From the IMG/VR virus record IMGVR_UViG_2541047725_000010: 41,240 bases of DNA; one strand, given 5' to 3'. Source of the stretch: a virus. Taxonomy: Duplodnaviria; Heunggongvirae; Uroviricota; Caudoviricetes. The notes under the pieces are model-generated. The model did no database searches. It saw only the letters and a list, made by a program, of their open reading frames with translations, and was not told where the DNA came from. Numbering within the stretch: position 1 is the first letter of the stretch; each line of letters begins with the position of its first letter. The position numbers were made by a program, and so were the translations under genes. Positions 19,317-28,896 of this stretch are shown in pieces.

Positions 19317-19924
19317 CAGGACAACCTCGCAATGGTAAACTCATCAACCGGTGGCTGTGGTTCCTGTGATTCATTCTGGCTATGCGAGCCAGCACTAAGA
19401 ATCACGCGATTGTACATATTGAGGGCAAACGTACCGAGGTCTGCATTCCCAGTCAGCGCCATGTTAATAGCTGCCGCAAGACGCCAGGCCAACGCCTCCA
19501 TAAAAATGGCATCAAACATGTTCACATCTGTAACGCGAGAGACATACTTGAGCCATGCCTGAGGCTGGTCTGTGTAGATCAACTTTCCTGTTCCGTTGGT
19601 GTCTGCACCAACTTCGTACTGAACGCGCATTGATGCTGTTGGATTGCGTACACCAGGAAGCATAATTTCAGTAATGCGCAGACAATCTGACGGGTACTGG
19701 TACGCATATTCCCAGTCAGGCGGTGGATTGCTCGTATCTGCAAGCGCCACGCGTTTGGTAGCAAAGTTCCAGTCAAAATCAGAAAGCACAGCATCACGGC
19801 AGGCCTCAAAGTGCAGCGAACATTCCCCCGCTTCCTTGCTGGCTTCCGTCAGGCTGTTAATGCTGCGGCTGTTGCCAATATTGGACAGCGCACGATTGCA
19901 GATCTCTACTACAGAGGCCATCAC
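19316..19924 (-). CDS. Tail tubular protein A-like (adaptor)
   Basis: 202 aa; N-terminus EICNRALSNIGNSRSINSL resembles T7 gp11-type N-termini (from memory). Confidence 0.5.
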   Translation of the reverse strand: MMASVVEICNRALSNIGNSRSINSLTEASKEAGECSLHFEACRDAVLSDFDWNFATKRVALADTSNPPPDWEYAYQYPSDCLRITEIMLPGVRNPTASMRVQYEVGADTNGTGKLIYTDQPQAWLKYVSRVTDVNMFDAIFMEALAWRLAAAINMALTGNADLGTFALNMYNRVILSAGSHSQNESQEPQPPVDEFTIARLS

Positions 19925-20244
19925 TCACCTCCGTTACCGTACAGAGTTTCAGCCGCTGATTTTTCTACATCCCCGGAAACAGGAGCGATCGCCATATCAG
20001 TGATCTGCAGATCGGCGCTGCGATTAACGCCATCGTCAGTTTCTCTGGCAGACAGGCCTCGAATAACAGCCTTTGCAGTTATCATCACTTCTGTTCCGAC
20101 GCCCTGAGGTTGCGCCTTCAGCTTATTCAATGTGTCGTTATTCAGCGTGATGCACAGCCCCCACGGGTATTCATCGCGAGTTCTGGTTTCTCCGCTCTCA
20201 TCCTGGTAGCTGTCAGTGCCGGTTTTGAGGTTTACGAGTTCCAT
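19921..20244 (-). CDS. Hypothetical virion protein
   Basis: Start placed at ATG 20244 with AGGAG RBS (track start 20250 is GTG); about 107 aa. Confidence 0.45.
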   Translation of the reverse strand: MELVNLKTGTDSYQDESGETRTRDEYPWGLCITLNNDTLNKLKAQPQGVGTEVMITAKAVIRGLSARETDDGVNRSADLQITDMAIAPVSGDVEKSAAETLYGNGGE

Positions 20245-20256
20245 ATACACTCCTGC

Positions 20257-20276
20257 AATAAAGGGGCCGAAGCCCC
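20257..20276 (-). terminator. Intrinsic terminator between head and tail modules
   Basis: On the minus strand GGGGC-UUCG-GCCCC followed by TTTATT; lies between genes 20295-20639 and 19921-20244. Confidence 0.5.
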
Positions 20277-20294
20277 TTGTCTCATCCGCGAGGC

Positions 20295-20639
20295 TTACAC
20301 GCCCAGTTCTTTACGCTTATCTGCGATCTTCTCGCGGAGCGTTTCTGCTTTGGCGTTATGGTGTGGCTTCTCGTTAAAGAGCAATTCGTACTCTTCACGG
20401 AGCTTATCCAGTTCACCATCATCTGACACATCGTTGATGATTTTGGTGCTGGTTGCTGCCATAGACACCTTTCCTGCTACCTTTGCTTTTGCCTGTCTGG
20501 CTGCATCGTTAACAGGTTCCAGTGCGCTACCAGGCTCACCTTCGTATTCGATTTCTGCCCCCTCCTGCCACAGTGTGTTATGGATATGAGAGAGGCGCAG
20601 AACGCGGTATCTTGGTTTCTCACCTGACATCGATATCAC
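20295..20639 (-). CDS. Hypothetical head-module protein
   Basis: 114 aa, charged. Confidence 0.45.
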   Translation of the reverse strand: MISMSGEKPRYRVLRLSHIHNTLWQEGAEIEYEGEPGSALEPVNDAARQAKAKVAGKVSMAATSTKIINDVSDDGELDKLREEYELLFNEKPHHNAKAETLREKIADKRKELGV

Positions 20640-20640
20640 C

Positions 20641-21078
20641 TTAACCAGTTACTTTTGAGCGGATCGGGTACGGTGTATTGGCATCAACATCCAGACTGAT
20701 ACCCGCAGTGAATTTGCCGGCCGTTAGTGGGCCAGTTGCGACGGAGTAGTTAACACGCAGATATCGCTGAACACCGGCAGGCACCTTTGCAGAAACAACT
20801 CGTTTACCTGCTTTCAGGGTAGCCTTTGCCAGTTCGCCACTATCATAAATAGTGGACCATGAGCTGTTATTCTCACTCGTCTGCAACTGGATGTTTACAG
20901 TTGCCTCACCACTTGCCGTGGCGGCTTCGTTAACCAGCGCCCAAAACTCAAGCGGGTAACCCACGCCGATATCGCGACGATTTCCATCAATTGGACCGAG
21001 ATCGATTACGTCAGTAGAAGCCGCGGTATTCGTAACCGCCTGAGCTTCGGAGAACATCAACAGTTTGTCGGTGATCAT
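20641..21078 (-). CDS. Possible capsid decoration protein
   Basis: 145 aa immediately downstream of the major capsid gene; beta-rich composition. Confidence 0.4.
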   Translation of the reverse strand: MITDKLLMFSEAQAVTNTAASTDVIDLGPIDGNRRDIGVGYPLEFWALVNEAATASGEATVNIQLQTSENNSSWSTIYDSGELAKATLKAGKRVVSAKVPAGVQRYLRVNYSVATGPLTAGKFTAGISLDVDANTPYPIRSKVTG

Positions 21079-21129
21079 CTTCTTTCTCCATTAGTGGGTC
21101 TGTTACGACCAACAGGTTAATAACAGGCG

Positions 21130-22122
21130 TTACACCACGCGGGCTTCTGTTTCCAGAAGCGCATCAGTTTCACGGATTGGTACACCACGGAATGAAGTCC
21201 ACCACTCGCCTTCAGTCTCTTTTACGCTGATAGCCAGAGATGTTTTCTCCAGAGACTGCAGATCAAGAGCCTGGCCTACAGTGCGGTTCATGTAGAACAC
21301 CGGGCGGCCCATGCCACGGTTTGGAATGCGATGCAGTGCTTTAACCATCAACTTCGCAATATTTGCGGCAGAGGAAGGTTCTGAAAGATTGCTGACATCG
21401 ATGTTTGCAATGCGAACAACATAACGCCAGTCACGCAGAGCAAGTCCGTTGTCCCATTTGTAATGGGTACGGTAGCCTTCGTACTTGCCGCCATTAACAT
21501 CTTCCAGTGTCACCTGGCCTTTATCTTCCATCTGGATGCCAGCCTTCTGCCCTTTCGGGAAGATGCCATGCACGGTGTTTTCGCCCCACACCACTAACCA
21601 GATTGAGGTGTTATCTGTACCCGTGCCACCAGCATCAATGATGTTCTGAGCATTACCCGCAGACAGGCTGGAATAGCGGGAGGACAGTCCCATAAACTGC
21701 TGAGGGTTAACGCTGGAATCACCATAAAACAACGTCTGCGCCATCTGCTGATTCATCGCTTCAATAAATGCGCGGTCTTCAGACAGGCGGAATTCGGCGG
21801 TATTACCGTTCAGATCAGCCAGTGACTTATCGACTTCAGCATAGGTTTCCAGCATTCCAACGGAATCGGTGACCTGCACTGTGGTTGATTTGCTTGGCTG
21901 TACGCCATAGTTCAGCAAACGCCAGGTGGCCGAAGGTAAACCAGAACGAATGGTGGTTCGGTGTCCGGTAGGAAGGTTCCCTTCGACAAAAGGCATATCC
22001 TGAAGGATCGGGTTAGTTTGACCGAGAAGCTCGATAATCTTATCGACTTTCCCGTTTGGATCGACGCGCTTACCCCAGTCAGCCAGCGTTAGCGCAGTTA
22101 AGCCTTTAACAGACATTGTCAT
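21130..22122 (-). CDS. Major capsid protein
   Basis: 330 aa directly after the scaffold-like gene with AGAGAGGAAA RBS; true start may be the second ATG (MSVKGL). Confidence 0.65.
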   Translation of the reverse strand: MTMSVKGLTALTLADWGKRVDPNGKVDKIIELLGQTNPILQDMPFVEGNLPTGHRTTIRSGLPSATWRLLNYGVQPSKSTTVQVTDSVGMLETYAEVDKSLADLNGNTAEFRLSEDRAFIEAMNQQMAQTLFYGDSSVNPQQFMGLSSRYSSLSAGNAQNIIDAGGTGTDNTSIWLVVWGENTVHGIFPKGQKAGIQMEDKGQVTLEDVNGGKYEGYRTHYKWDNGLALRDWRYVVRIANIDVSNLSEPSSAANIAKLMVKALHRIPNRGMGRPVFYMNRTVGQALDLQSLEKTSLAISVKETEGEWWTSFRGVPIRETDALLETEARVV

Positions 22123-22130
22123 TTCCTCTC

Positions 22131-22832
22131 TTATTTGCCATAGAGCACTTCGGCCGCACTACGCTGGCCTTCATTACCACCGGTGACCATGCCATCTTCA
22201 GACATCGCCTTTCCGATTTTCACGAACGTTTTGACCAGATCAGGGTGATTACCCAGCCCGGTGGTGTTCAGATATTCTTTGAGCTCAGGTGTCCCGAACT
22301 GGTCAAGCGCACGCTGTGCGGCGCTAAGGTTAGAAATCAACTTGTCGCCACCGATTTCTTTGTCAGCTTTTACATCCGCAGCCCACTGCTCGGTTGTTTT
22401 CTGCCAGGCTTCTGCCTGGCGCTGCTGAACACCTGCCAGAATCTTCGGATAAGCATCAACCAGCTTTTGCGCTTGCTCGTTGGTCAGGTTAAGTTCTCGC
22501 GCCACAGGCTCGAATTCCTTCAACGCTTCTGTATCCAGCTCTACGCCTTCGGCAGCCTGAAACTCGTACTTCTCAGGCGCACCCTCTGGTTTATTGCCGT
22601 CCTTTTTTTCATCCTGCTTATCGTTTTCAGGCTTTTTGTCATCAGCAGGTTTATCGCCATCAGCAACAGGTTGTGGCTTATCACCTTCCTGTTGTGATGG
22701 ATCACCAACTGGAGCAGGGTTATCACCTGCAGGCGCTGACGGTTCTGACGCAGCCGGAGCTGCTCCACCATCGACTGGTTGCTCATTGCAAAGACGGCGA
22801 TACAGCAAACGCTCAAATAAATTCATGATCAC
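22131..22832 (-). CDS. Scaffolding protein
   Basis: 233 aa, acidic with a low-complexity Pro/Asp/Lys segment; between portal and capsid. Confidence 0.55.
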   Translation of the reverse strand: MIMNLFERLLYRRLCNEQPVDGGAAPAASEPSAPAGDNPAPVGDPSQQEGDKPQPVADGDKPADDKKPENDKQDEKKDGNKPEGAPEKYEFQAAEGVELDTEALKEFEPVARELNLTNEQAQKLVDAYPKILAGVQQRQAEAWQKTTEQWAADVKADKEIGGDKLISNLSAAQRALDQFGTPELKEYLNTTGLGNHPDLVKTFVKIGKAMSEDGMVTGGNEGQRSAAEVLYGK

Positions 22833-23125
22833 TCCTGTTCACTGGCCTCTTTGGCCATCTTCAAATACTGTTCAGGGCAATGCGCCATAACGCGCTGAAA
22901 CAGTTCCAGCGCCAGATTGCGTTGCCCCTCATTAAACGCCATTGCCATAGCGTCCATCGGTGAGATAGCGGAAAACACACGGCCTTTCTCCAGCACCGAC
23001 CAGACAACGCGACGCCCCTGTTCACTGCTCATGACAAAGCGAATGTCATCAATTTCACGCTGCGCCATGTCACGTTGCTTACGGGCGTTTTCTTCTTTCA
23101 GTTGATCGTCTTCGTAATCTGTCAT
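22829..23125 (-). CDS. Hypothetical head-module protein
   Basis: 98 aa; ATGA overlaps with both neighbours. Confidence 0.45.
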   Translation of the reverse strand: MTDYEDDQLKEENARKQRDMAQREIDDIRFVMSSEQGRRVVWSVLEKGRVFSAISPMDAMAMAFNEGQRNLALELFQRVMAHCPEQYLKMAKEASEQE

Positions 23126-24801
23126 TGTGATTGCCCACCCTGACCACTAACTGCATTCGCCATAGCTGACAACACACTCGGATCCGAAGTTTTAGCTTCG
23201 CTTAGCGTCTTGGCACCCTGTGCCGCAGCCATCCCCATCGCCATCATTTGTTGCTGCTGTTGCTGCTGTGCCCGTTGCTGGCGAGCCTGCTCAACCTGTT
23301 CCTGCGGAACAATGACGGTTGGAGACACTCCAGACATATCAGCGAATGCATCGATCGCCTGATCAACGTTGAGTTTGTCGAGAGCTTCTGGTTTCGCTTG
23401 CGCAAGTTGACCAATGAAGTTGACCGTGGATGCCAGACTGGACAGGCCGATAGACTTCTGCGCCTGAGCCATGACGGAAATGTATTCGACCTTCAGGGGC
23501 ATACCTTCCATCGCGTCAGGCGGTGGCGGCAGCATGTTTTTACGCACCATCATCGAGAAAGCGCGGTCAATGAGAGGATTAAGACATTCGTCGTTCAGAC
23601 GCTCCAGAACCGGCCCCAACATCAGAAGTTTTTCTTCTTTCATTTCGATCACCGCTTCAACAGGCATCGAGCGGGTATTGATGTTCTGCAACATCATGAA
23701 CAGATCGACAAAGTAGGCGCTGTTAATGATTTGCCGAGTGTCCTGAATGTCTGCTACCAGATCTGCTGTACTGGGGTTAACCAGATAAGCAGGCCTGAAA
23801 CCATCCTGACCAGTAATCTGATCGATATACGTGATGTCGCCAGGAAGAAGGGAGGCACGCTGATTCTTGAGGGAAGTCGGAGCAACCATCGGCGGATTGG
23901 TGGCTTTATCAATCAACTGCGACTTGCGCTTCTGAAGAAGCTGCAATGCCTTAACAGGTCCAAGCGCCAGCATACCCGGGCATGATGATCCATAAACATC
24001 TTCGCCGTTAACTTCCCAGCGCGGAGCCATAATTGGAAACTCATCGAATCCGGACTCACGCAACAACTTGTCGTTATCGCCACCAACCTCGTAATAAACC
24101 GATTTGAATGGCTTGTTCTTGCTATCCAGCTTCGATGTATCGCGGTCAATGTTCGGGTAAACCGAATGCATCACTTCAATCCACTTCTCGTAGGTGCCGC
24201 TTTCCCACATGCTTTTTACGGATTCGCTGACGTTATTTAGCCCGAACTCCTGAACAAGCTGACGAACAGTCATAGCGAACTTGCGAAAACAGGTGTCCAC
24301 ACTGCCACGAGGTGAGTTAGCTAGGTAGTAACTGCCTATCGGGAATGGCATTGTGCGAATGATGTCCTCGTCATCTTCCAGCACTGCCATTGCACCAGTG
24401 CTGTATGTGCCGAGGCTTCCGTATAACTGCGGCAGCGACTGATAGAGATTCGACTTATTGAACATATCGTTCATGCGGTTCTGCACCGCCTCAAGCCACA
24501 ACTTAACAGGGCCATAATCCATCATTTCAGGATCTGGCGTAGCCAGGCGAAACCACGGACGCGCGGGGCTTGTGATGCCTGACATCATGCCGCTGGCGAG
24601 AGTGCGCGCCGCCATAGTCCCGGTCGAATCAATAATGCGTGTATTGCGTCGATCGTTACGGTTGACCTCAGAAGTCAGAAAGCGGGAACCACGCGGGTTG
24701 ATGTAATCACTCAACTCGCGCCAGTGCGGCTCGAACGACTGACGCTCGCTTTCAAGTTGTGCGAACTGTTTGTTCAATCGCTCTTTAGTTGTTTCCGCCA
24801 T
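23122..24801 (-). CDS. Portal protein
   Basis: 559 aa; position between terminase and scaffold; Gln/Ala-rich C-terminus; GGAG RBS. Confidence 0.75.
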   Translation of the reverse strand: MAETTKERLNKQFAQLESERQSFEPHWRELSDYINPRGSRFLTSEVNRNDRRNTRIIDSTGTMAARTLASGMMSGITSPARPWFRLATPDPEMMDYGPVKLWLEAVQNRMNDMFNKSNLYQSLPQLYGSLGTYSTGAMAVLEDDEDIIRTMPFPIGSYYLANSPRGSVDTCFRKFAMTVRQLVQEFGLNNVSESVKSMWESGTYEKWIEVMHSVYPNIDRDTSKLDSKNKPFKSVYYEVGGDNDKLLRESGFDEFPIMAPRWEVNGEDVYGSSCPGMLALGPVKALQLLQKRKSQLIDKATNPPMVAPTSLKNQRASLLPGDITYIDQITGQDGFRPAYLVNPSTADLVADIQDTRQIINSAYFVDLFMMLQNINTRSMPVEAVIEMKEEKLLMLGPVLERLNDECLNPLIDRAFSMMVRKNMLPPPPDAMEGMPLKVEYISVMAQAQKSIGLSSLASTVNFIGQLAQAKPEALDKLNVDQAIDAFADMSGVSPTVIVPQEQVEQARQQRAQQQQQQQMMAMGMAAAQGAKTLSEAKTSDPSVLSAMANAVSGQGGQSQ

Positions 24802-24815
24802 TTCAATGACTCCGG

Positions 24816-25022
24816 TTACTGACCAAGCAGCGTTTTACCGCTGGTATTAGCGGTTGATGTGTCGCCCTGAGAACCGGTAAGCAGCGTAGAACTACGACCA
24901 GCAGCAGCGCGACGGCGACGAGTTTCTTCGTCGCGGGCATCAACAACGGCGGCATCCTGCTCCTGTGGTGCTGCCTGAACTTCTGGTGTTGCAGGCACTG
25001 ATGGTGAGCTACCCATGCACAT
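24816..25022 (-). CDS. Small hydrophilic protein upstream of portal
   Basis: 68 aa; GGAG RBS; its initiation region CGGAGTCATTGA-N-ATG is nearly identical to that of the portal gene. Confidence 0.4.
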   Translation of the reverse strand: MCMGSSPSVPATPEVQAAPQEQDAAVVDARDEETRRRRAAAGRSSTLLTGSQGDTSTANTSGKTLLGQ

Positions 25023-25111
25023 ATCAATGACTCCGTACGCAATTAAATTATTACCAATTTAACCACATATGATTTATTTATCGTAGATAGTTGACATTTA
25101 ACGCACGAATT

Positions 25112-25128
25112 ATTACCTTTCAGGTAAC
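25112..25128. promoter_or_regulatory. Operator-like palindrome ATTACC-TTTCA-GGTAAC
   Basis: Upstream of the head operon; a TTGACA hexamer lies at 25091-25096. Confidence 0.45.
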
Positions 25129-25449
25129 CAAAGAGTTCATTCCGGTTACTAACCTGACTGGCTTGTCGTTAAATTGAACAGGTGGAGTGAGCTTTTATTT
25201 TGAGCAGTACGGCGTATGGCACATGCGCCGATAGCGGTCTGGATACGTTTAAGGGGCACCCTCCCTTGCTCGGGCAAACGAACCAGGTAGCCGGAATGTG
25301 CAAGTCGAGCGGTTTTATTCCGCGCACGGGGATTCACCATCCCGGCGATTCGGTGTGACGCCTCGGAAGAGACGAGGGTACAACGATGAGAGCATTTATG
25401 GAGCCGCGACAAAGTGTGGCGCCTTAACAGGCTAAGTGCTCTCAGCGTT

Positions 25450-25526
25450 GTGGCATTAGCTCAGTTGGACAGAGCAACCGCCTTCTAAGCGGTTGGTCGC
25501 AGGTTCGAATCCTGCATGCCACGCCA
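25450..25526 (+). tRNA. tRNA-Arg, anticodon UCU (phage-encoded)
   Basis: Hand-folded cloverleaf: 7-bp acceptor GTGGCAT/ATGCCAC, D-stem GCTC/GAGC, anticodon stem ACCGC/GCGGT with loop CTTCTAA, T-stem GCAGG/CCTGC with GGTTCGAATCC, discriminator G and encoded CCA. Confidence 0.85.
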
Positions 25527-25569
25527 GAATCACGCCTAAGGACCGTGATGCCAGAAGTTCCAGGTGCTT

Positions 25570-25611
25570 GGCGGTGATGCTTTCCCTTGAAGGACTATCA
25601 CCGCCCTTTTT
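25570..25611 (+). terminator. Hairpin plus T-run downstream of the tRNA
   Basis: GGCGGTGAT...ATCACCGCC 9-bp stem with large loop, then CTTTTTA. Confidence 0.35.
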
Positions 25612-25689
25612 ACAGCAGGACGCCATTGCGATGACTTCATGCTGTAAACCAGTACAGCCACGGAAGGCATAACTCATTGCTTCCAGTTC

Positions 25690-25712
25690 GCCCACTTCAG
25701 TGGGCTTTTTTT
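25690..25712 (+). terminator. Intrinsic terminator
   Basis: GCCCAC-TTCA-GTGGGC followed by TTTTTTT. Confidence 0.6.
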
Positions 25713-25725
25713 CTAGTGACTACTG

Positions 25726-25742
25726 ATTACCTTATGGGTAAT
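25726..25742. promoter_or_regulatory. Operator-like palindrome ATTACC-TTATG-GGTAAT overlapping a candidate promoter
   Basis: 32 bp upstream of ATG 25774; TAATAT -10-like hexamer at 25739-25744. Confidence 0.5.
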
Positions 25743-25773
25743 ATACTGCAAACTAATAACACAAGGCCGTGAC

Positions 25774-26664
25774 ATGCTTGACTTCATCCGTGACATTTAC
25801 TCCTCTTTCCGCCAAGCATCTCTTGAGCGGGTGAAAAGCCCGTTCCTTGGGGCATTTGTTTTTTCCTGGCTTTGCTTTAATTGGCAGATGTTAGCAATTC
25901 TATTTTTTAGTTCTAAGGATATTGAAAAGCGCCTTGCTATTATTAATGGCTCTTTCGGCATCGTCAGCTTTTTAATTGCGCCAATATGCACTACAGCATT
26001 GATAGTTATCCTTTTACCGCAAATTAATAAATTGATTACAATAATACAAGATAAACCTAACTCAGACACAATTGAAATGAGCCTTGCATCTAAAATAAAG
26101 ATCGCCGAACTGCAGCAACTATTAGCAGAAAATGAAGCAAGAAAGAAACTTGCTGATAAAAAAGAAGAACGCTTCATTGAAGAGAATATTATTTCAATAA
26201 AAAAAGACCATGAAAAAGCAATAGATAACCTTAAAGACAAAGAAAGTAAAATCTCAAATCTCACGGACACAATAACTGAACTTCAGAGCAAACTGGTTAA
26301 AGCTGAGGCCACTCTCAAAGTTGAACAGGAGTCAAGATCCCAAGTGCAGAATGAATTGATTATTGAAAAAGAGAACAAGCGGAAATTAGAAGACAACATT
26401 CTGCACCTTAATTTAAGTTTAAAAAAAAACCAATCAGAATTGGCCATTGCAAAAGAAGCCTATGATAATACCTTGATGGCTTATAATGAACTTAACACAA
26501 CATTAAAAAAAGCAGAAAGCTCAATAATAAACTTCAATGCTAACTTTCCTTTTTTAACTGACATAAATAACAGCACCCCAAATACATACTTAAAAATAAA
26601 TAAAAATGCATGGGAGCATTTAGTTAGTTTAAATTTAAGTCTAAAGGAGAAAATACAAAAATAA
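25774..26664 (+). CDS. Membrane-anchored coiled-coil protein (cargo gene, function unknown)
   Basis: 296 aa; two N-terminal TM helices then about 200 aa of heptad-like Lys/Glu/Leu-rich sequence; very AT-rich; opposite strand to the flanking late genes. Confidence 0.6.
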   Translation: MLDFIRDIYSSFRQASLERVKSPFLGAFVFSWLCFNWQMLAILFFSSKDIEKRLAIINGSFGIVSFLIAPICTTALIVILLPQINKLITIIQDKPNSDTIEMSLASKIKIAELQQLLAENEARKKLADKKEERFIEENIISIKKDHEKAIDNLKDKESKISNLTDTITELQSKLVKAEATLKVEQESRSQVQNELIIEKENKRKLEDNILHLNLSLKKNQSELAIAKEAYDNTLMAYNELNTTLKKAESSIINFNANFPFLTDINNSTPNTYLKINKNAWEHLVSLNLSLKEKIQK

Positions 26665-26687
26665 ATAACCAATCCACTATGGCATAT

Positions 26688-28157
26688 TTACTCATACGGG
26701 TCATAATCTATTATAGCCCTGCCCTGCTGCTGCCGTGGGTCATTAGTTTTCTTGGCTACCGGGAACGCAAACGTCAGCAGTAGCGCATCGCCTTTACCAG
26801 GTGAACGCCCAAGTCGTTCTTTGATATCTTCCTTCGGTTCGATAACGATTTTACCGTCCACGCGAACTTTGTACTCTGCCGCAGACAGATCGTCCGCTGT
26901 TTCCTGGTCATCCAGCATCCCGCCCAACCTCAGCCATGTCTTGCATGAGTTGAACATCTCCCCGCGCTTGTTGAGCATCTGAGGGTCAGTAGACGCGCCG
27001 CCGAACGGAACAAGTTGCCAAGTACGCCCCCAGCCATCACCGATTGACTTCAAACCGGTTCCGTAACCGAAGTCGATGAACACCGCGTCAGCCTGATACT
27101 GGTCTTCAAAGTCAGCGATACGCTTCGCCATAATCAGATCGTCAGTGGTCTTGTTGCCAGTCCACAGCACCTTACTGTGCAGCCCCTGCCGCAGGTATAT
27201 CACAGCGTCATCAACACCGGAGTATGCCGGGTCAACGCCGATTATCACCGGAGCATGTGCCACCTGCGCAGCGGTTACCACCCGTTTCATTGCCTCGTCA
27301 GTAAGACCGGTAGGGATAAACTGCAATTCAGATGCATCCGGGAATATGCCGCGCACACGGATTTTAACGAAGTCGCTGTCTTCCCCGTAGTCATCAACCC
27401 ATTTCTGCAACTGCTGTTTGTTAGTGCCTTCCACCGTCCGGCTGTCAATCTGCGCAGTTTTCCAGCGGTGTTTATATTTGCGGAAACATTCGCGGAAACG
27501 CCCGGTATTACGCGTCGGGTTCCCGAACGCCACCCAGATGATTTCGGTGTCTTCGTCCGTCAGCGCACCCTCTGCTACATCCCACACCAGATCGGCAATG
27601 TTGGATGCTTCGTCGAAAACCACGATGATGCGTTTGCGCTCGTTGTGTAGTCCGGCGAATGCCTCAGTGTTGTGCTCAGACCAGGGGATTGCGTCAGCTC
27701 GCCACCGCTTGTCGTGCCCAGGATCATTGCTGTACATCGCGGTAGCGGTACAGGTAAACCAGTCTTTCGTGATGGCAAGGTTCGACCACTTGATAATTTC
27801 CGGCCAGGTCTTCGTTCGTAGCTGGTTGTCGGTGTTGGCGGTCACCACGACCTTACAATCCTCGCAAGTGGACATGCCCCAGTTGATCAGCATTGAGATG
27901 AATGCGGATTTACCAATACCGTGACCAGAAGCGCGTGCCAGCATAAGCGGCTGATAGCGCGTCTCTGGATTCTGCAGGTGATCACGTATCTCTCGGAACG
28001 CATCGGCCTGCCACTGACGTGGACCGGTAGCATGTGCCAGTTCAGTCCCCTCTTCCCCCCAAGGGAACGCATAGAGGGCATAGCCAAGCGGATCGTGAGT
28101 GAACCCTGCAATATCTTCGATTAACTGCTCTTCAGGAGATAACGCTGCATCTGTCAC
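26688..28157 (-). CDS. Terminase large subunit
   Basis: 489 aa; ATPase then nuclease domain order; upstream of portal; overlaps terminase small. Confidence 0.8.
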   Translation of the reverse strand: MTDAALSPEEQLIEDIAGFTHDPLGYALYAFPWGEEGTELAHATGPRQWQADAFREIRDHLQNPETRYQPLMLARASGHGIGKSAFISMLINWGMSTCEDCKVVVTANTDNQLRTKTWPEIIKWSNLAITKDWFTCTATAMYSNDPGHDKRWRADAIPWSEHNTEAFAGLHNERKRIIVVFDEASNIADLVWDVAEGALTDEDTEIIWVAFGNPTRNTGRFRECFRKYKHRWKTAQIDSRTVEGTNKQQLQKWVDDYGEDSDFVKIRVRGIFPDASELQFIPTGLTDEAMKRVVTAAQVAHAPVIIGVDPAYSGVDDAVIYLRQGLHSKVLWTGNKTTDDLIMAKRIADFEDQYQADAVFIDFGYGTGLKSIGDGWGRTWQLVPFGGASTDPQMLNKRGEMFNSCKTWLRLGGMLDDQETADDLSAAEYKVRVDGKIVIEPKEDIKERLGRSPGKGDALLLTFAFPVAKKTNDPRQQQGRAIIDYDPYE

Positions 28158-28786
28158 TGATTACCATCCTGACGTTCTTTGAGTCGCTTCCTGGCTGCCG
28201 CTATGCGATCAGCAATTGTCACATTCACATTAACATCCAGGCGCTCTTTGAACGCGTTAACGTCGACGTGCTTACCGATGAGCTCGAGGTTTTTCACCTT
28301 GTCGGGCCATTTCACCTTCTTCAGGATATGCTCGACATCCTCAACAGAGAGATCCGCCTCGCCATTCTCTTTTTGCAGAGAAGCCTGGGTCGTCTTGATG
28401 GTAGCGATATCCATAGCACTGAGAGAGGTACGCCAGACCTTCGGCCATTCAGCGATCGGCTTCATCCCGCCGTCATCGTTCAGGATATCCAGCACGTCCA
28501 TCTGGTCGATTTCCACCAGGCGCATGAGAACGTAATCAGCACTGACGCGCATTCGTTTGTTGCGCTCCTCCATCAACTCGGCAATCCGTTTTTGAATGCG
28601 TTCATCGCGCATCATGACACTGGCTTTAACTGCCGCTGTATTTGGGGAGAATCCTGCGTTAATCGCTGCCTGAGTCTGGTTTTCAGGCGTTTTGATGTAT
28701 GACTGGCAATAAGCCTCCTGCATTGCTGTTAGTGGCTTAAATTGCGTTGATTTGCGTTTATAGGTTTTAGGTTCAGCAGGCATCAT
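28154..28786 (-). CDS. Terminase small subunit
   Basis: Start placed at ATG 28786 (GGTGG RBS), about 210 aa; the track start 28864 would put a terminator hairpin inside the ORF. Confidence 0.65.
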   Translation of the reverse strand: MMPAEPKTYKRKSTQFKPLTAMQEAYCQSYIKTPENQTQAAINAGFSPNTAAVKASVMMRDERIQKRIAELMEERNKRMRVSADYVLMRLVEIDQMDVLDILNDDGGMKPIAEWPKVWRTSLSAMDIATIKTTQASLQKENGEADLSVEDVEHILKKVKWPDKVKNLELIGKHVDVNAFKERLDVNVNVTIADRIAAARKRLKERQDGNQ

Positions 28787-28828
28787 AACCACCGTGGTAA
28801 TAGTTACCGTTGTGGTAATAGTACCATG

Positions 28829-28855
28829 CAAAATAAAGCCGCCATAGTTGGCGGC
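28829..28855 (-). terminator. Putative terminator in the late-operon leader
   Basis: On the minus strand GCCGCC-aactat-GGCGGC followed by TTTATTTTG. Confidence 0.45.
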
Positions 28856-28896
28856 AGTATTCAAAACCCATCAAATTCATCATGCATAACCCACTC

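Noticed and set aside
23248-23985. 245-aa plus-strand ORF
   Set aside because: Lies entirely antisense within the portal gene; low-complexity, no RBS; typical shadow ORF.
25300-25330. 12-nt match to a 16S rRNA 5' region (GCAAGTCGAGCGG)
   Set aside because: Too short, with no flanking rRNA similarity; considered coincidental.
25149-25412. 87-aa highly basic minus-strand ORF upstream of the tRNA
   Set aside because: No recognisable RBS and Arg-rich composition consistent with a GC-rich noncoding frame; kept only as part of the noncoding-gap finding.
25456-25695. 79-aa minus-strand ORF
   Set aside because: Overlaps the well-folded tRNA-Arg and its terminators; artefact.
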